The position numbers and the translations under genes are program-made. Below, piece after piece: positions 1 to 7,997 of a stretch of 20,169 bases of DNA. The stretch covers positions 1-20,169 of the forward strand of contig JBDKRC010000312.1 in NCBI GenBank assembly GCA_039683575.1, written 5' to 3'. The notes under the pieces were generated by a model. It was not told where the DNA came from and made no database searches. It worked only from the letters and a program-made list of their open reading frames with translations. How positions within the stretch are numbered: the first letter of the stretch is position 1; each line of letters opens with the position of its first letter. Source of the DNA: Armatimonadia bacterium (GTDB lineage: Bacteria; Armatimonadota; Zipacnadia; Zipacnadales; UBA11051).

Positions 1-55
1 CCCTCCCGTGGGCGCGGCGCCCTTCTTTGGGGGGGGCGCCTCGATCTTGCTCGCT

Positions 56-130
56 GTTGGGCGGGGGCTCGTACCCCGCGGGTCGTTATCCCCGACACCC
101 GGAGCGGCGGGGTACGAGCCCCCGCCCTAC
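56..130. repeat. Inverted pair of REP-like elements (REPIN/BIME-like)
   Basis: 56-79 GTTGGGCGGGGGCTCGTACCCCGC matches the reverse complement of 107-130 (GTAGGGCGGGGGCTCGTACCCCGC) at 23/24 positions. Each copy is a GTAG-like tetranucleotide followed by a short GC hairpin. Confidence 0.75.
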
Positions 131-162
131 AGAGACTCCCGTACTACGCGGGGCGGACCGCG

Positions 163-191
163 TTGACACCCTGTCGGTGGTGTGGTAGATT
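163..191 (+). promoter_or_regulatory. sigma70-type promoter for the M16 peptidase
   Basis: TTGACA (163-168), 17-bp spacer, TAGATT (186-191) with an extended -10 TG, about 70 nt upstream of ATG 261. Confidence 0.65.
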
Positions 192-260
192 TCGCCAATT
201 GCTCAAAATCAACCCGCTGCGGACCAGCCACGGCGGGAAATGGAACTGGTGGAGGTTGTG

Positions 261-2924
261 ATGAAGCGCGCTCTACTGATCATAAGTCTGATCCTGACGG
301 CGGCCCTTTGCTGGGCCGCTTCGCCGTATCGCGAGGTGCTCGACAACGGGCTGACGCTGGTGGTTGAGGAAGACCACTCGGCGCCGGTAGTGACGGTTCA
401 GTTCTTCGTCGGCACCGGCAGCATGTTCGAGGACAACTACCTCGGCACCGGCATCAGCCACCTGATCGAGCACACGCTGAGCGAGGGGACGCCACGGCTC
501 AGCAGTGCCGATATCGAGCGCATTCGGGCCGAGCTCGGCAACAACTCCAACGCCTACACGTCCAACGACACCGTTTCGTACTACGTGGTGACCGCGCCTG
601 AGCAGACGCTCAAGGCGGTCGACCTGCTATCGGACTATGTCTTCAACCCGACCTTCCCACAGGAGGCGGTGGACACCCAGAAGGGGATCATCCTCCGGGA
701 GATGGCCCGGGGCGAGGACGATCCTGGCCACCAGCTCTACTATCTCTTTGCCGAAACGATGTTCCGCCAGTCGCCGATGGGGGTGAAGGTCATTGGCTAT
801 CCGGAGCAGTTCGCGGAACTCACTCGGGCCGACCTCGTGGCGCATCACCGCCGCTTCTATGTGCCGGGCAACGTGGTGGCTGTGGTGGTGGGGGACATCA
901 ACGCCCAGGCAACGCTGGCAGACCTGCGGACGGCCCTGGGCAAGGTGCCACGCCGGGCGCTGCGCCAGGTGATCCTGCCCCAGGAGCCACCGCAACTGTC
1001 GCCGCGGCGGGCGGTGAAGCAGCAGGAGGCTCTGTCGCGGGCATACTTTATGCTCGGCTACCCCACCGTCAGCCTCTTCTCTGACGACATGTACCCGCTG
1101 GACATCGCCGCCTACATACTCAGCAACGGGACCACCTCGCGGCTGGTATCGAAGTTGCGGGACGAGAAGGGCCTGGTGGATGGCATCAGCGCCTATTCGA
1201 GTACTCCGCCCTACGAGGGTGGCGTCTTCGGGGTTTCGGCCACCGCCTCCCCTGAGAACGTGGATGCGGCTGAAAAGGCCATACTTGCCGAATTGGCGGC
1301 CCTGCAGCAACGGCCTGTGACTTGCGAGGAGTTGGAACGGGCCAAGCGCCAGAAGGAAGCCGACCTGCTCTTTGGCCGGGTAACCACGCAGGGCCGGGCC
1401 GGCATGTATGGCAACGACCTGCTCACCACCGGCGACCTGAACTTCAGCGAGCGCTACGTGGCCCGCATCCGCCAAGTGACGGCGGCACAGGTGCAGCAGG
1501 CGGCGCGGAAGTACTTTGTGCCGCAGCACTACAACTTCGCGGCGCTGCTGCCGGCGACCACGAATGCCGAGGCAGCGCCAGCCGAAGCCCCGGCGGCCAA
1601 ACCTGCGGGCACCGTGCCTGCAGCCGCTAAGCCTGCCGCAGCCGGCACGGTCTCGCCTGCGCGAGCGGCTGTGGTCGCAACGACGGCTCCGGCACAGGTT
1701 CAGGAAGTTACGCTCGCCAACGGCATGCGGCTGTTGGTCCAGGAGAACCATGCGGTACCGGTCGTGAACCTGTTCATCGCCGCACCGGGCGGCCTGCGCT
1801 TTGAAAATGAGAAGAACGTTGGCATCACGAGTCTGATGGCCAACATGCTGACGCGGGGCACAAAGACTCGCAACCGCCTCCAGATCGCCGCGGCGCTTGA
1901 GAACGTGGGCGGCGGCCTCGGGCCTTACTCAGGGCGCAACAGCTTCGGAGTCTCGGCTCAGGTGCGTGCTCAGGACCTGCCGCTGGCCCTGGAGATCGCG
2001 GCGGATGTGCTGGGCAACCCGACCTTCCCCGAGGCGGAGTTGCAGCAGCAGAAGCAACTGCATCTGGCGGCGCTGGCTACGCGGAAGGACGACGTTGATA
2101 CCGTGGCCAACGACCTGATGCTGCAGACGCTGTTTAGGCAGTACCCGTACCGTTACCCAACCGCCGGCACGCCCGAATCGGTGGCGGCTCTGACCCGCGA
2201 AGACCTCATCGCCTTCCACAAGCGCGCCGTGGAGCCGGCGAGCATGGTCATGGCCATATTTGGCGACACCATGCTGGCGCAGGCCCGCGTGCTCGCGGAG
2301 CGCTATTTCGCAAACTTCAAGGCGGGCCGCAGCGACCTGCAGCCCGCGCCAATAGAGGCGCCGCCGACTGAGCCGCGCACTGAAAACGTGACCCGGCCAC
2401 AGCAGCAGGCAGTGATCGTCTACGGGTTCCGCAGCGGCACCATCGCCGATCCTGAGCGGTACGCGCGCGATGTCATGAGCGCGGTGTTCGCCGGCATCGG
2501 CTATCCCGGCGGACGGCTGCACAACGCTCTGCGGGGCCAGCAACTGGTCTATGCGACCTTCGCTCACGAGATGCCGGGGCCTGATGCGGGTGTTTTCACA
2601 ATCTATGCGGGAACCGCACCGGACCGGGCAGGAGTCGTACAACAGCAGATTGAGCGATTGGTAACGGAGTTGCAGGCGGCGCCGCCCACGGCGGAGGAGT
2701 TGGCCCTGGGCAAGAATATCGCCATCGCCAGCCACGCGGTGGAGCTTGAGAGCAGCGGCGCCCGCGCTCAGGCGGTGGCCCTGAACGTGCTCTACGGGCT
2801 TGGGCGCAACGAGATTTTCGAGTATGCCGACAGGATCAATGCCGTGACGGCGGACGAGGTGCAGCAGCAGGCGCGACAGCTCATGCCACTGGCGAAGCGA
2901 GTGCTGGTGGTGACGCATCCCTGA
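261..2924 (+). CDS. Secreted M16 (pitrilysin/insulinase) family zinc peptidase with two fused M16 modules
   Basis: HxxEH motif (HLIEH), NAYTS motif, and LDNGL/LANGM at the start of each module. The second module lacks the Zn motif. N-terminal signal peptide MKRALLIISLILTAALCWA. Start ATG 261 chosen from the GGAGG RBS at 251-255. Confidence 0.93.
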   Translation: MKRALLIISLILTAALCWAASPYREVLDNGLTLVVEEDHSAPVVTVQFFVGTGSMFEDNYLGTGISHLIEHTLSEGTPRLSSADIERIRAELGNNSNAYTSNDTVSYYVVTAPEQTLKAVDLLSDYVFNPTFPQEAVDTQKGIILREMARGEDDPGHQLYYLFAETMFRQSPMGVKVIGYPEQFAELTRADLVAHHRRFYVPGNVVAVVVGDINAQATLADLRTALGKVPRRALRQVILPQEPPQLSPRRAVKQQEALSRAYFMLGYPTVSLFSDDMYPLDIAAYILSNGTTSRLVSKLRDEKGLVDGISAYSSTPPYEGGVFGVSATASPENVDAAEKAILAELAALQQRPVTCEELERAKRQKEADLLFGRVTTQGRAGMYGNDLLTTGDLNFSERYVARIRQVTAAQVQQAARKYFVPQHYNFAALLPATTNAEAAPAEAPAAKPAGTVPAAAKPAAAGTVSPARAAVVATTAPAQVQEVTLANGMRLLVQENHAVPVVNLFIAAPGGLRFENEKNVGITSLMANMLTRGTKTRNRLQIAAALENVGGGLGPYSGRNSFGVSAQVRAQDLPLALEIAADVLGNPTFPEAELQQQKQLHLAALATRKDDVDTVANDLMLQTLFRQYPYRYPTAGTPESVAALTREDLIAFHKRAVEPASMVMAIFGDTMLAQARVLAERYFANFKAGRSDLQPAPIEAPPTEPRTENVTRPQQQAVIVYGFRSGTIADPERYARDVMSAVFAGIGYPGGRLHNALRGQQLVYATFAHEMPGPDAGVFTIYAGTAPDRAGVVQQQIERLVTELQAAPPTAEELALGKNIAIASHAVELESSGARAQAVALNVLYGLGRNEIFEYADRINAVTADEVQQQARQLMPLAKRVLVVTHP

Positions 2925-2931
2925 GATAGTG

Positions 2932-2960
2932 TGTGGGAGGGGCCACCGACCCCTCCCACA
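2932..2960 (+). terminator. Hairpin after the peptidase (REP-derived or terminator-like)
   Basis: TGTGGGAGGGG-ccaccga-CCCCTCCCACA forms an 11-bp perfect stem 7 nt after the stop, with no U-tract. 2934-2953 is 18/20 identical to 9913-9932. Confidence 0.55.
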
Positions 2961-2979
2961 AGTCAAGTTGCCTAAGTAG

Positions 2980-3008
2980 TTGCGAATTCTCAGCTAACAC
3001 GGCACAAT
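2980..3008 (+). promoter_or_regulatory. Possible sigma70 promoter for the SIS-domain gene
   Basis: TTGCGA (2980-2985), 17-bp spacer, CACAAT (3003-3008). Confidence 0.4.
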
Positions 3009-3113
3009 AGCACCGGGCTTCCCGAACCAGGACCTCATGCTTGGCATGAGGTCCTTTGAGGTCGCCCCCAGACCGAAGATCTGTCATAGATCGTAAGACT
3101 CGAGGTTGGGACT

Positions 3114-3671
3114 TTGACGACGCAGGCTTTTCCGACAGTTGTTCCCCATGAGATCGAGCGGGTCATGTCCGCTGTCTCCATGGAGCGGGTTGAGGCCCTG
3201 ATGGAGGCCATCACCCGCGCCGAGGGCGTGTTTGTGTGCGGCGCAGGCCGCAGTCTGCTGATGATGCAGGCGTTTGCGATGCGACTTGTGCACCTGGGTA
3301 TGACGGCCTATGTCGTAGGTGAGACCATTACACCGGCCATCGCCCCTAACAACCTGCTCATCGCCGGCACCGGTTCCGGCCAGACGCGGACCACCCTTGC
3401 CATGATGGAGGCTGCTCACGGCCGCAAAGCCATGACGGCGAGCATCACTGCCCATGCCGAATCGCCGATCGGGTTGGTTTCAGACCTGATCGTGGAGATA
3501 CCGACGCCGGTCACCGTGGCGCCCAATGTCGTGCGCGGGAGCATCCAACCTCCGGGTTCGCTCTTTGAGCAGTGCCTGTTGGTGCTTTGCGATACCATGG
3601 TGATGATGTTCATGCAGCGTCTCGGCGTGACGGAAGAAATGATGCGCGCGCGGCATACTAAACTCGAGTAA
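3114..3671 (+). CDS. hxlB: SIS-domain sugar isomerase, 6-phospho-3-hexuloisomerase (PHI)-like
   Basis: Motifs GAGRS, FAMRLVHLG, YVVGETITP, GSGQT, PPGSLFEQ and C-terminal RHTKLE are typical of PHI/HxlB. TTG start with upstream GAGG. Confidence 0.85.
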   Translation: MTTQAFPTVVPHEIERVMSAVSMERVEALMEAITRAEGVFVCGAGRSLLMMQAFAMRLVHLGMTAYVVGETITPAIAPNNLLIAGTGSGQTRTTLAMMEAAHGRKAMTASITAHAESPIGLVSDLIVEIPTPVTVAPNVVRGSIQPPGSLFEQCLLVLCDTMVMMFMQRLGVTEEMMRARHTKLE

Positions 3672-3747
3672 GGGCACACGCCGAACCCCACTTTCTGACC
3701 TTTCCACCGATGATCACTACATCGAACCACGAGAAGCTGCTCTGATC

Positions 3748-5325
3748 ATGAACAAGATGCGGACCCGAGTTCTGAAAACTGTCATCCTGATCCTCCTCGC
3801 CTTTGCGCTGCTGGTCGTCGCGGCGGCGCTGACCGTCGCCGCGCAGGCCCGCAGCTTCAAGGCCAGCGGTCGCATCGCGGACAATGTCACCATATCCGAC
3901 GTCGAGGTCGGCGGTCTCAAACAGGCTGAAGCGATGAAGAAGCTTCAGGACGAGTGGCTACCGACACTGCCCGCCGAGTTGACGCTCAAGCACGGGAGCG
4001 AAAGCCTCGAACTGTCCGCCGAGGAACTGGGCCGCGAGCCGCAGATCGAGACGGCGGTCAACAAAGCCATGCTCGTCGGGCGCGAGGGCGGTTTTCTGCA
4101 GCAGTTCAAGACGCGGATGCAGCTATGGCGGGGACATCTGGACATTCCCGTTGCAGTCAATGTTGACAACAAGAAGCTGCAGACTGCGGTCGCGAATCTG
4201 GCCGCCAAGCTGGATCAGGAGCCGGTCGATGCCCGCGTGACCGTAACCGGCGCCCAGACGGTCTCCGTGATCCCCGGCAAGGTTGGGATCAAGCTCGACC
4301 AGAAGACTGCTTCTGAAGGCATCGCCAAGGCCCTGAAGAGCCTGCAGGCCGAACCGGTGACGCTCACCAGTCGCAAACAGGATCCGAAGGTGAAGGCTTC
4401 CGACCTGGCCAACCTGGAAGTGGTGCTGGGCAGCTACTCGACCTCCTACAACTCCGGTAAGGTGGACCGCAGCCATAACCTGAAGCTGGCTGTTGAGGCC
4501 ATCAACGGCACGGTAGTCATGCCCGGCCAGAGCTTCTCCACCGATCAGGCAATCGGTCCGCGCATCGAAGCGCGGGGCTTCCGCGAGGCGCCGATCTTCG
4601 CCGATGGTGAGGTGACGCCTGCGACGGGCGGCGGCATCTGCCAGATTGCCTCCACCATCTACAATGCGGCCCTCTTCGCCGACCTGCCCGTCACCGAGCG
4701 GCACAAGCATTCCCAGCCGGTCACCTACACTCCCGCCGGGCGCGATGCCACTGTGTACTCCGGCAGCTTTGACCTGCGCTTCCGCAATGACACCGGGTAC
4801 CCCGTTGTGCTACTGGCCTCGATGGGCGGCAGCCGCGTCAACGTCAGCATCATCGGCAAAAAGGAAGCGAACCGGAAGGTACGGATCGAGCGTTCGCCTG
4901 TGACGCGGGTACCTTTCGAGAAGCAGGAGATCCCCGATCCCGCCCTGCCGCTTGGCAAGAAGCAGGTGGAAAAGAAGGGCCGCCCGGGGCTCAAGGTGAC
5001 GGTCTACCAGATAGTGAAGCAGCCTGACGGCTCGGAGGAGCGGCGGACGCTGCACACGGACGTATACCGGCCGCAGAAGGAAGTCGTGAGGGTGGGGACC
5101 AAGAAGCCGGTCGTGCCGCCAGGCATGAAGCTGATGCCCGATGGCAAGCTGGTACCCATCAAGCCTGGCGCGAAGCCGGTAGCCAATGGCAAGAAGGGCA
5201 AGGCTGCAGCGCCGGCCACGGTCGCCAAGGCGGCTAAGGGGGCTCACAAGGCTCCGGCCGCGAAGAAGAAGGCCCCCGCCAAGCCCAAGGCTGCACAGGT
5301 CATTAAGAAGAAGAAGAAGACGTAG
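3748..5325 (+). CDS. VanW-family envelope protein: N-terminal TM anchor, PG_binding_4-like region, VanW domain, G5 domain, Lys/Ala/Pro-rich tail
   Basis: VanW motifs RSHNLKLA...INGTVVMPG.SFS, GGGICQIASTIYNA, ERHKHS..V.Y...GRDATV, DLRFRN. G5-like segment ...EKKGRPG...Y.P..EVVRVGT. Confidence 0.88.
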   Translation: MNKMRTRVLKTVILILLAFALLVVAAALTVAAQARSFKASGRIADNVTISDVEVGGLKQAEAMKKLQDEWLPTLPAELTLKHGSESLELSAEELGREPQIETAVNKAMLVGREGGFLQQFKTRMQLWRGHLDIPVAVNVDNKKLQTAVANLAAKLDQEPVDARVTVTGAQTVSVIPGKVGIKLDQKTASEGIAKALKSLQAEPVTLTSRKQDPKVKASDLANLEVVLGSYSTSYNSGKVDRSHNLKLAVEAINGTVVMPGQSFSTDQAIGPRIEARGFREAPIFADGEVTPATGGGICQIASTIYNAALFADLPVTERHKHSQPVTYTPAGRDATVYSGSFDLRFRNDTGYPVVLLASMGGSRVNVSIIGKKEANRKVRIERSPVTRVPFEKQEIPDPALPLGKKQVEKKGRPGLKVTVYQIVKQPDGSEERRTLHTDVYRPQKEVVRVGTKKPVVPPGMKLMPDGKLVPIKPGAKPVANGKKGKAAAPATVAKAAKGAHKAPAAKKKAPAKPKAAQVIKKKKKT

Positions 5326-5357
5326 TAGCAGAGATTTTGGTTGTAGGAGTAGAGCCG

Positions 5358-6374
5358 ATGAAAGCCGCGCGCATGTTTGGCGTTCGCGATGTGAGAGTAG
5401 TCGAGAGCGAGGAGCCCGCTTTACAGCCGGGCGAGGTGCTGATGCGGGTCAAGGCCTGTGCCATCTGCGCCTCTGACCTGCATATGTACGAGGAAGGCCA
5501 CAGCAGCGGGGTGTACCCCTTCGGGCCGATCATCCTGGGGCACGAATTCTCTGGTGAGATCGCCAGGATCGGAGAGGGCGTTACGGGCTGGAGCATTGGC
5601 GATCGCGTGGCCTGCGAGCCAAGCTGGCACTGCAGCGAGTGCGACATGTGCCGGCGCGGTTTGACGAACCTGTGCCGCAACATCATCTTCCCCAGCTACC
5701 CCGACCGCGACGGCGCCCTGGCCGAGTTCATCAACGTCCCGGCCTTTTCGCTGGCGACGCTGCCTGAAAACGTGGACTTCATCGGCGGCGCGCTGGCCGA
5801 GCCGCTGGGCGTGGCGCTGCATGCCGTACGGCGCAGCGACCTCGAGCCGGGAATGAAGGTTGCCATTCTTGGTGCGGGAGCCATTGGACTCTCGATCCTG
5901 CAGATGTGCAAGGCCTTTGGAGCAGGTGAGATACTGGTCGCCGAGCCGCTGGAGGGACGGCGGGCCGCCCCGGAGCGCCTGGGTGCGAAGGTTGCCCCGA
6001 TGGCAGCCGACCTGCACCAGTTCTTCGGCAAAGAGGATGAGCCGGACATAGTCTTCGAGGCCGCCGGTGGCGACAATACCTTCCGCGACGCCCTGGGCCT
6101 CGTACGCCCCGAGGGTCGCGTAATGGTGCTGGGGATACCCTCGCTTGACGAGCAGCAGTACTCGGCCCGCGTTCCGCGGCGCAAAGAGACCACTGTGATG
6201 TTCTGCCGCCGCTCGCGTGACACCCTTCACGAGTGTCTGGAGATGATCTCCGACGGGCGTCTGGACATAGCTGCCTACCCCGTCCAGACCTACTCGCTCG
6301 ACGAAGCTCCAGAGGCCCTGGAAGCCTCCGGCCGGCGCGAGGGTGCCATGGTGCGCGCTATCGTCTGCCCCTAG
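5358..6374 (+). CDS. Zn-dependent medium-chain dehydrogenase (sorbitol/L-iditol/threonine dehydrogenase-like)
   Basis: Catalytic-Zn motifs CASDLH and GHE, structural-Zn CxxCxxCx7C, Rossmann GAGAIG. Start ATG 5358 chosen from the AGGAG RBS. Confidence 0.9.
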   Translation: MKAARMFGVRDVRVVESEEPALQPGEVLMRVKACAICASDLHMYEEGHSSGVYPFGPIILGHEFSGEIARIGEGVTGWSIGDRVACEPSWHCSECDMCRRGLTNLCRNIIFPSYPDRDGALAEFINVPAFSLATLPENVDFIGGALAEPLGVALHAVRRSDLEPGMKVAILGAGAIGLSILQMCKAFGAGEILVAEPLEGRRAAPERLGAKVAPMAADLHQFFGKEDEPDIVFEAAGGDNTFRDALGLVRPEGRVMVLGIPSLDEQQYSARVPRRKETTVMFCRRSRDTLHECLEMISDGRLDIAAYPVQTYSLDEAPEALEASGRREGAMVRAIVCP

Positions 6375-6388
6375 AAACAGATAGCTTG

Positions 6389-6433
6389 AAAGCAATACGG
6401 GCGCCATCCATTGATGGCGCCCGTATTGCTTTT
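6389..6433 (+). terminator. Intrinsic terminator, possibly bidirectional
   Basis: 20-bp perfect stem AAAGCAATACGGGCGCCATC-catt-GATGGCGCCCGTATTGCTTT ending in TTTT, 14 nt after the dehydrogenase stop. Confidence 0.8.
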
Positions 6434-6468
6434 GGCAGGGTGGCCATGGTCCAGCCAACCTGCCGCAC

Positions 6469-6567
6469 AAAAAAAGCAGCCGGTCCACGAAAGCGATATC
6501 CGGGGGGGAGCGAATATCGGGGGTGTGAACCGGCTGCAAACTTAACTTATATACTACGTCGTGTGAC
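6469..6567 (-). ncRNA. Candidate small RNA (~95 nt) with C-rich loops and a U7 terminator tail
   Basis: Minus-strand promoter immediately upstream, AU-rich 5' part, long two-segment hairpin whose mismatches are G-U pairs only on the minus strand, and a terminal U7. No ORF or RBS inside. Confidence 0.6.
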
Positions 6568-6600
6568 GGTTATAATATAACCATCTACCAGTTTTGTAAA
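6568..6600 (-). promoter_or_regulatory. sigma70-type promoter with an overlapping palindromic operator
   Basis: Minus strand TTTACA (6600-6595), 17-bp spacer, TATTAT (6577-6572). The perfect inverted repeat GGTTATA-a-TATAACC (6568-6582) covers the -10. Confidence 0.6.
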
Positions 6601-6650
6601 CCCCCCTTTTCAAGATTCCCACGACTTTTTTGCAGAAAGTGCGATTTGGC

Positions 6651-7283
6651 TTACTCGAGTTTGCCGATCTGGAAACTGCGGAATCGGCATGGGCCCTCGC
6701 CCGACCACAGACCTGCCTCGCCCGCCGGGAGCGGCTGTGGATCCTCGCAGACGAGCTTCCGCTCGCGGTTGACGTATACCGCAAACGTCCCGCCGCGCGC
6801 GTATACGCGCAATTCGTGGAATACGCCGGGCTGCACCGCAAACTTGCTGGCTCCGACCTTGGCCCACTTCTTGCCATCGTACTTCCACAGGTTCACGCCC
6901 TGCTCGTAGAGCACCAGCGAGTACATGGGCCCGGTGATGTCACCGGCGCGCTGGGCGCGGAACATGATCGCCGGGGCGCCCTTGCGGTCAAAGGCGGTCT
7001 CGCAGCGAGCCGCGACATCGGAGGCCGCGAAATCGCGCAGCATCAGCATGGAGACGCCCACCCCGTCCTTGGCCGCCACGATCTCCTTCTCGCCATAGCC
7101 GGGGGCGATGTAATTCTCGATATAGCCCTGGCGCTGCACGAAGGGCACGATCTTGGGAAAGCGTTCCTCCCGGCAGGGAAGCCACCGCGAGTGATCCCAG
7201 GCTGTGAAACCGACCTTCACAGTCTGGGCCGAGACCAGCGTCGTAACGCCGAGGCAGAGAAGGCACAGGCAGCGTCTGAGCAT
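6651..7283 (-). CDS. Secreted hypothetical protein, probable concanavalin A-like/DUF1080-like beta-sandwich
   Basis: Signal peptide. The C-terminal pattern HELRV...G..F.VYVN.......D......G..GL......FR is typical of DUF1080/ConA-like domains. ATG 7283 chosen from the AGGTG RBS. Confidence 0.65.
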   Translation of the reverse strand: MLRRCLCLLCLGVTTLVSAQTVKVGFTAWDHSRWLPCREERFPKIVPFVQRQGYIENYIAPGYGEKEIVAAKDGVGVSMLMLRDFAASDVAARCETAFDRKGAPAIMFRAQRAGDITGPMYSLVLYEQGVNLWKYDGKKWAKVGASKFAVQPGVFHELRVYARGGTFAVYVNRERKLVCEDPQPLPAGEAGLWSGEGPCRFRSFQIGKLE

Positions 7284-7315
7284 GTTCAAGCACCTGCTGG
7301 GGGAGAGAGTGGCAG

Positions 7316-7972
7316 CTAACGGGCCCGTCTATCGAGATCGCTGGCGCCAAACGAGACCTGGCGGTGTCGAGTGGCCTTAAGGCGGGTGTTGGCGACATCC
7401 AGCTTCCAGTCGGTAATGGTCCAGATACCATCGACGTTGTCATAGCTGGAGCTGCGGAAGGTCAAGGGTCCGGTGGCATGGAGGCGGTACGGCTCTCGCG
7501 CGACGTATCCGAGCGCCGCCAGCGGACGGAACTGACCGCCCTTGATCACAAAGAGCTGCGCTTCGTTCCAGTTCGAGGTGCCGTACTGTTCGACCACGAG
7601 CACATCTGGCTGGCCCTTGCCGACGTGCAGCACGAACGCCATGTCGCGTTCGAGGTTGAACTCGCCGCGGTTGGTATCGCCAAACAGCAGTATGCTCTGC
7701 TTCACGGGCGCACCACCGCTCTTGCGGCGCAGGGTCGTCTGGTACAGCCCTGCGGCCTTGCGGTCGCCCTCATCGTACGCGGCGTACATGTCGTCGGGGC
7801 CGATGGGAGTGACCTGTTCATCCGGGGCAAAGATCATGACTTCGTAGCCCTGCCCGGCCGCATCCTTCATGGCAAAGGTGAAGCGTGCGGGCACGGCGCT
7901 GGCGACCGAGGCCAACAGGCCCATGGCTGCCGGGATGATGAGACTAACCGCCAGATAGCGCTGCCACCTCAT
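7316..7972 (-). CDS. Secreted hypothetical protein
   Basis: 218 aa ORF with a Sec-type signal (MRWQRYLAVSLIIPAAMGLLASVASA), GAGGGG RBS upstream, co-oriented with its neighbours. Confidence 0.7.
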   Translation of the reverse strand: MRWQRYLAVSLIIPAAMGLLASVASAVPARFTFAMKDAAGQGYEVMIFAPDEQVTPIGPDDMYAAYDEGDRKAAGLYQTTLRRKSGGAPVKQSILLFGDTNRGEFNLERDMAFVLHVGKGQPDVLVVEQYGTSNWNEAQLFVIKGGQFRPLAALGYVAREPYRLHATGPLTFRSSSYDNVDGIWTITDWKLDVANTRLKATRHRQVSFGASDLDRRAR

Positions 7973-7997
7973 CAGTTGTCATCCCCTCTTCGGACGG

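Noticed and set aside
627-2966. Long antisense ORFs (374 aa, 345 aa) opposite the peptidase, and similar ones at 5421-6539, 6630-7319, 7364-8140, 9094-9840, 13103-14233 and 19188-20033
   Set aside because: They mirror better-supported genes, as expected from GC3 codon bias, and show no recognisable motifs.
3748-5325. vanW as evidence of a glycopeptide-resistance cluster
   Set aside because: No vanHAX/vanRS genes nearby, and VanW-G5 proteins are common chromosomal envelope proteins.
6554-6888. Small ORFs (107 aa, 92 aa) as possible toxin partners for the candidate sRNA
   Set aside because: They are off-frame overlaps of the 6651-7283 gene, not hydrophobic peptides, and have no RBS.
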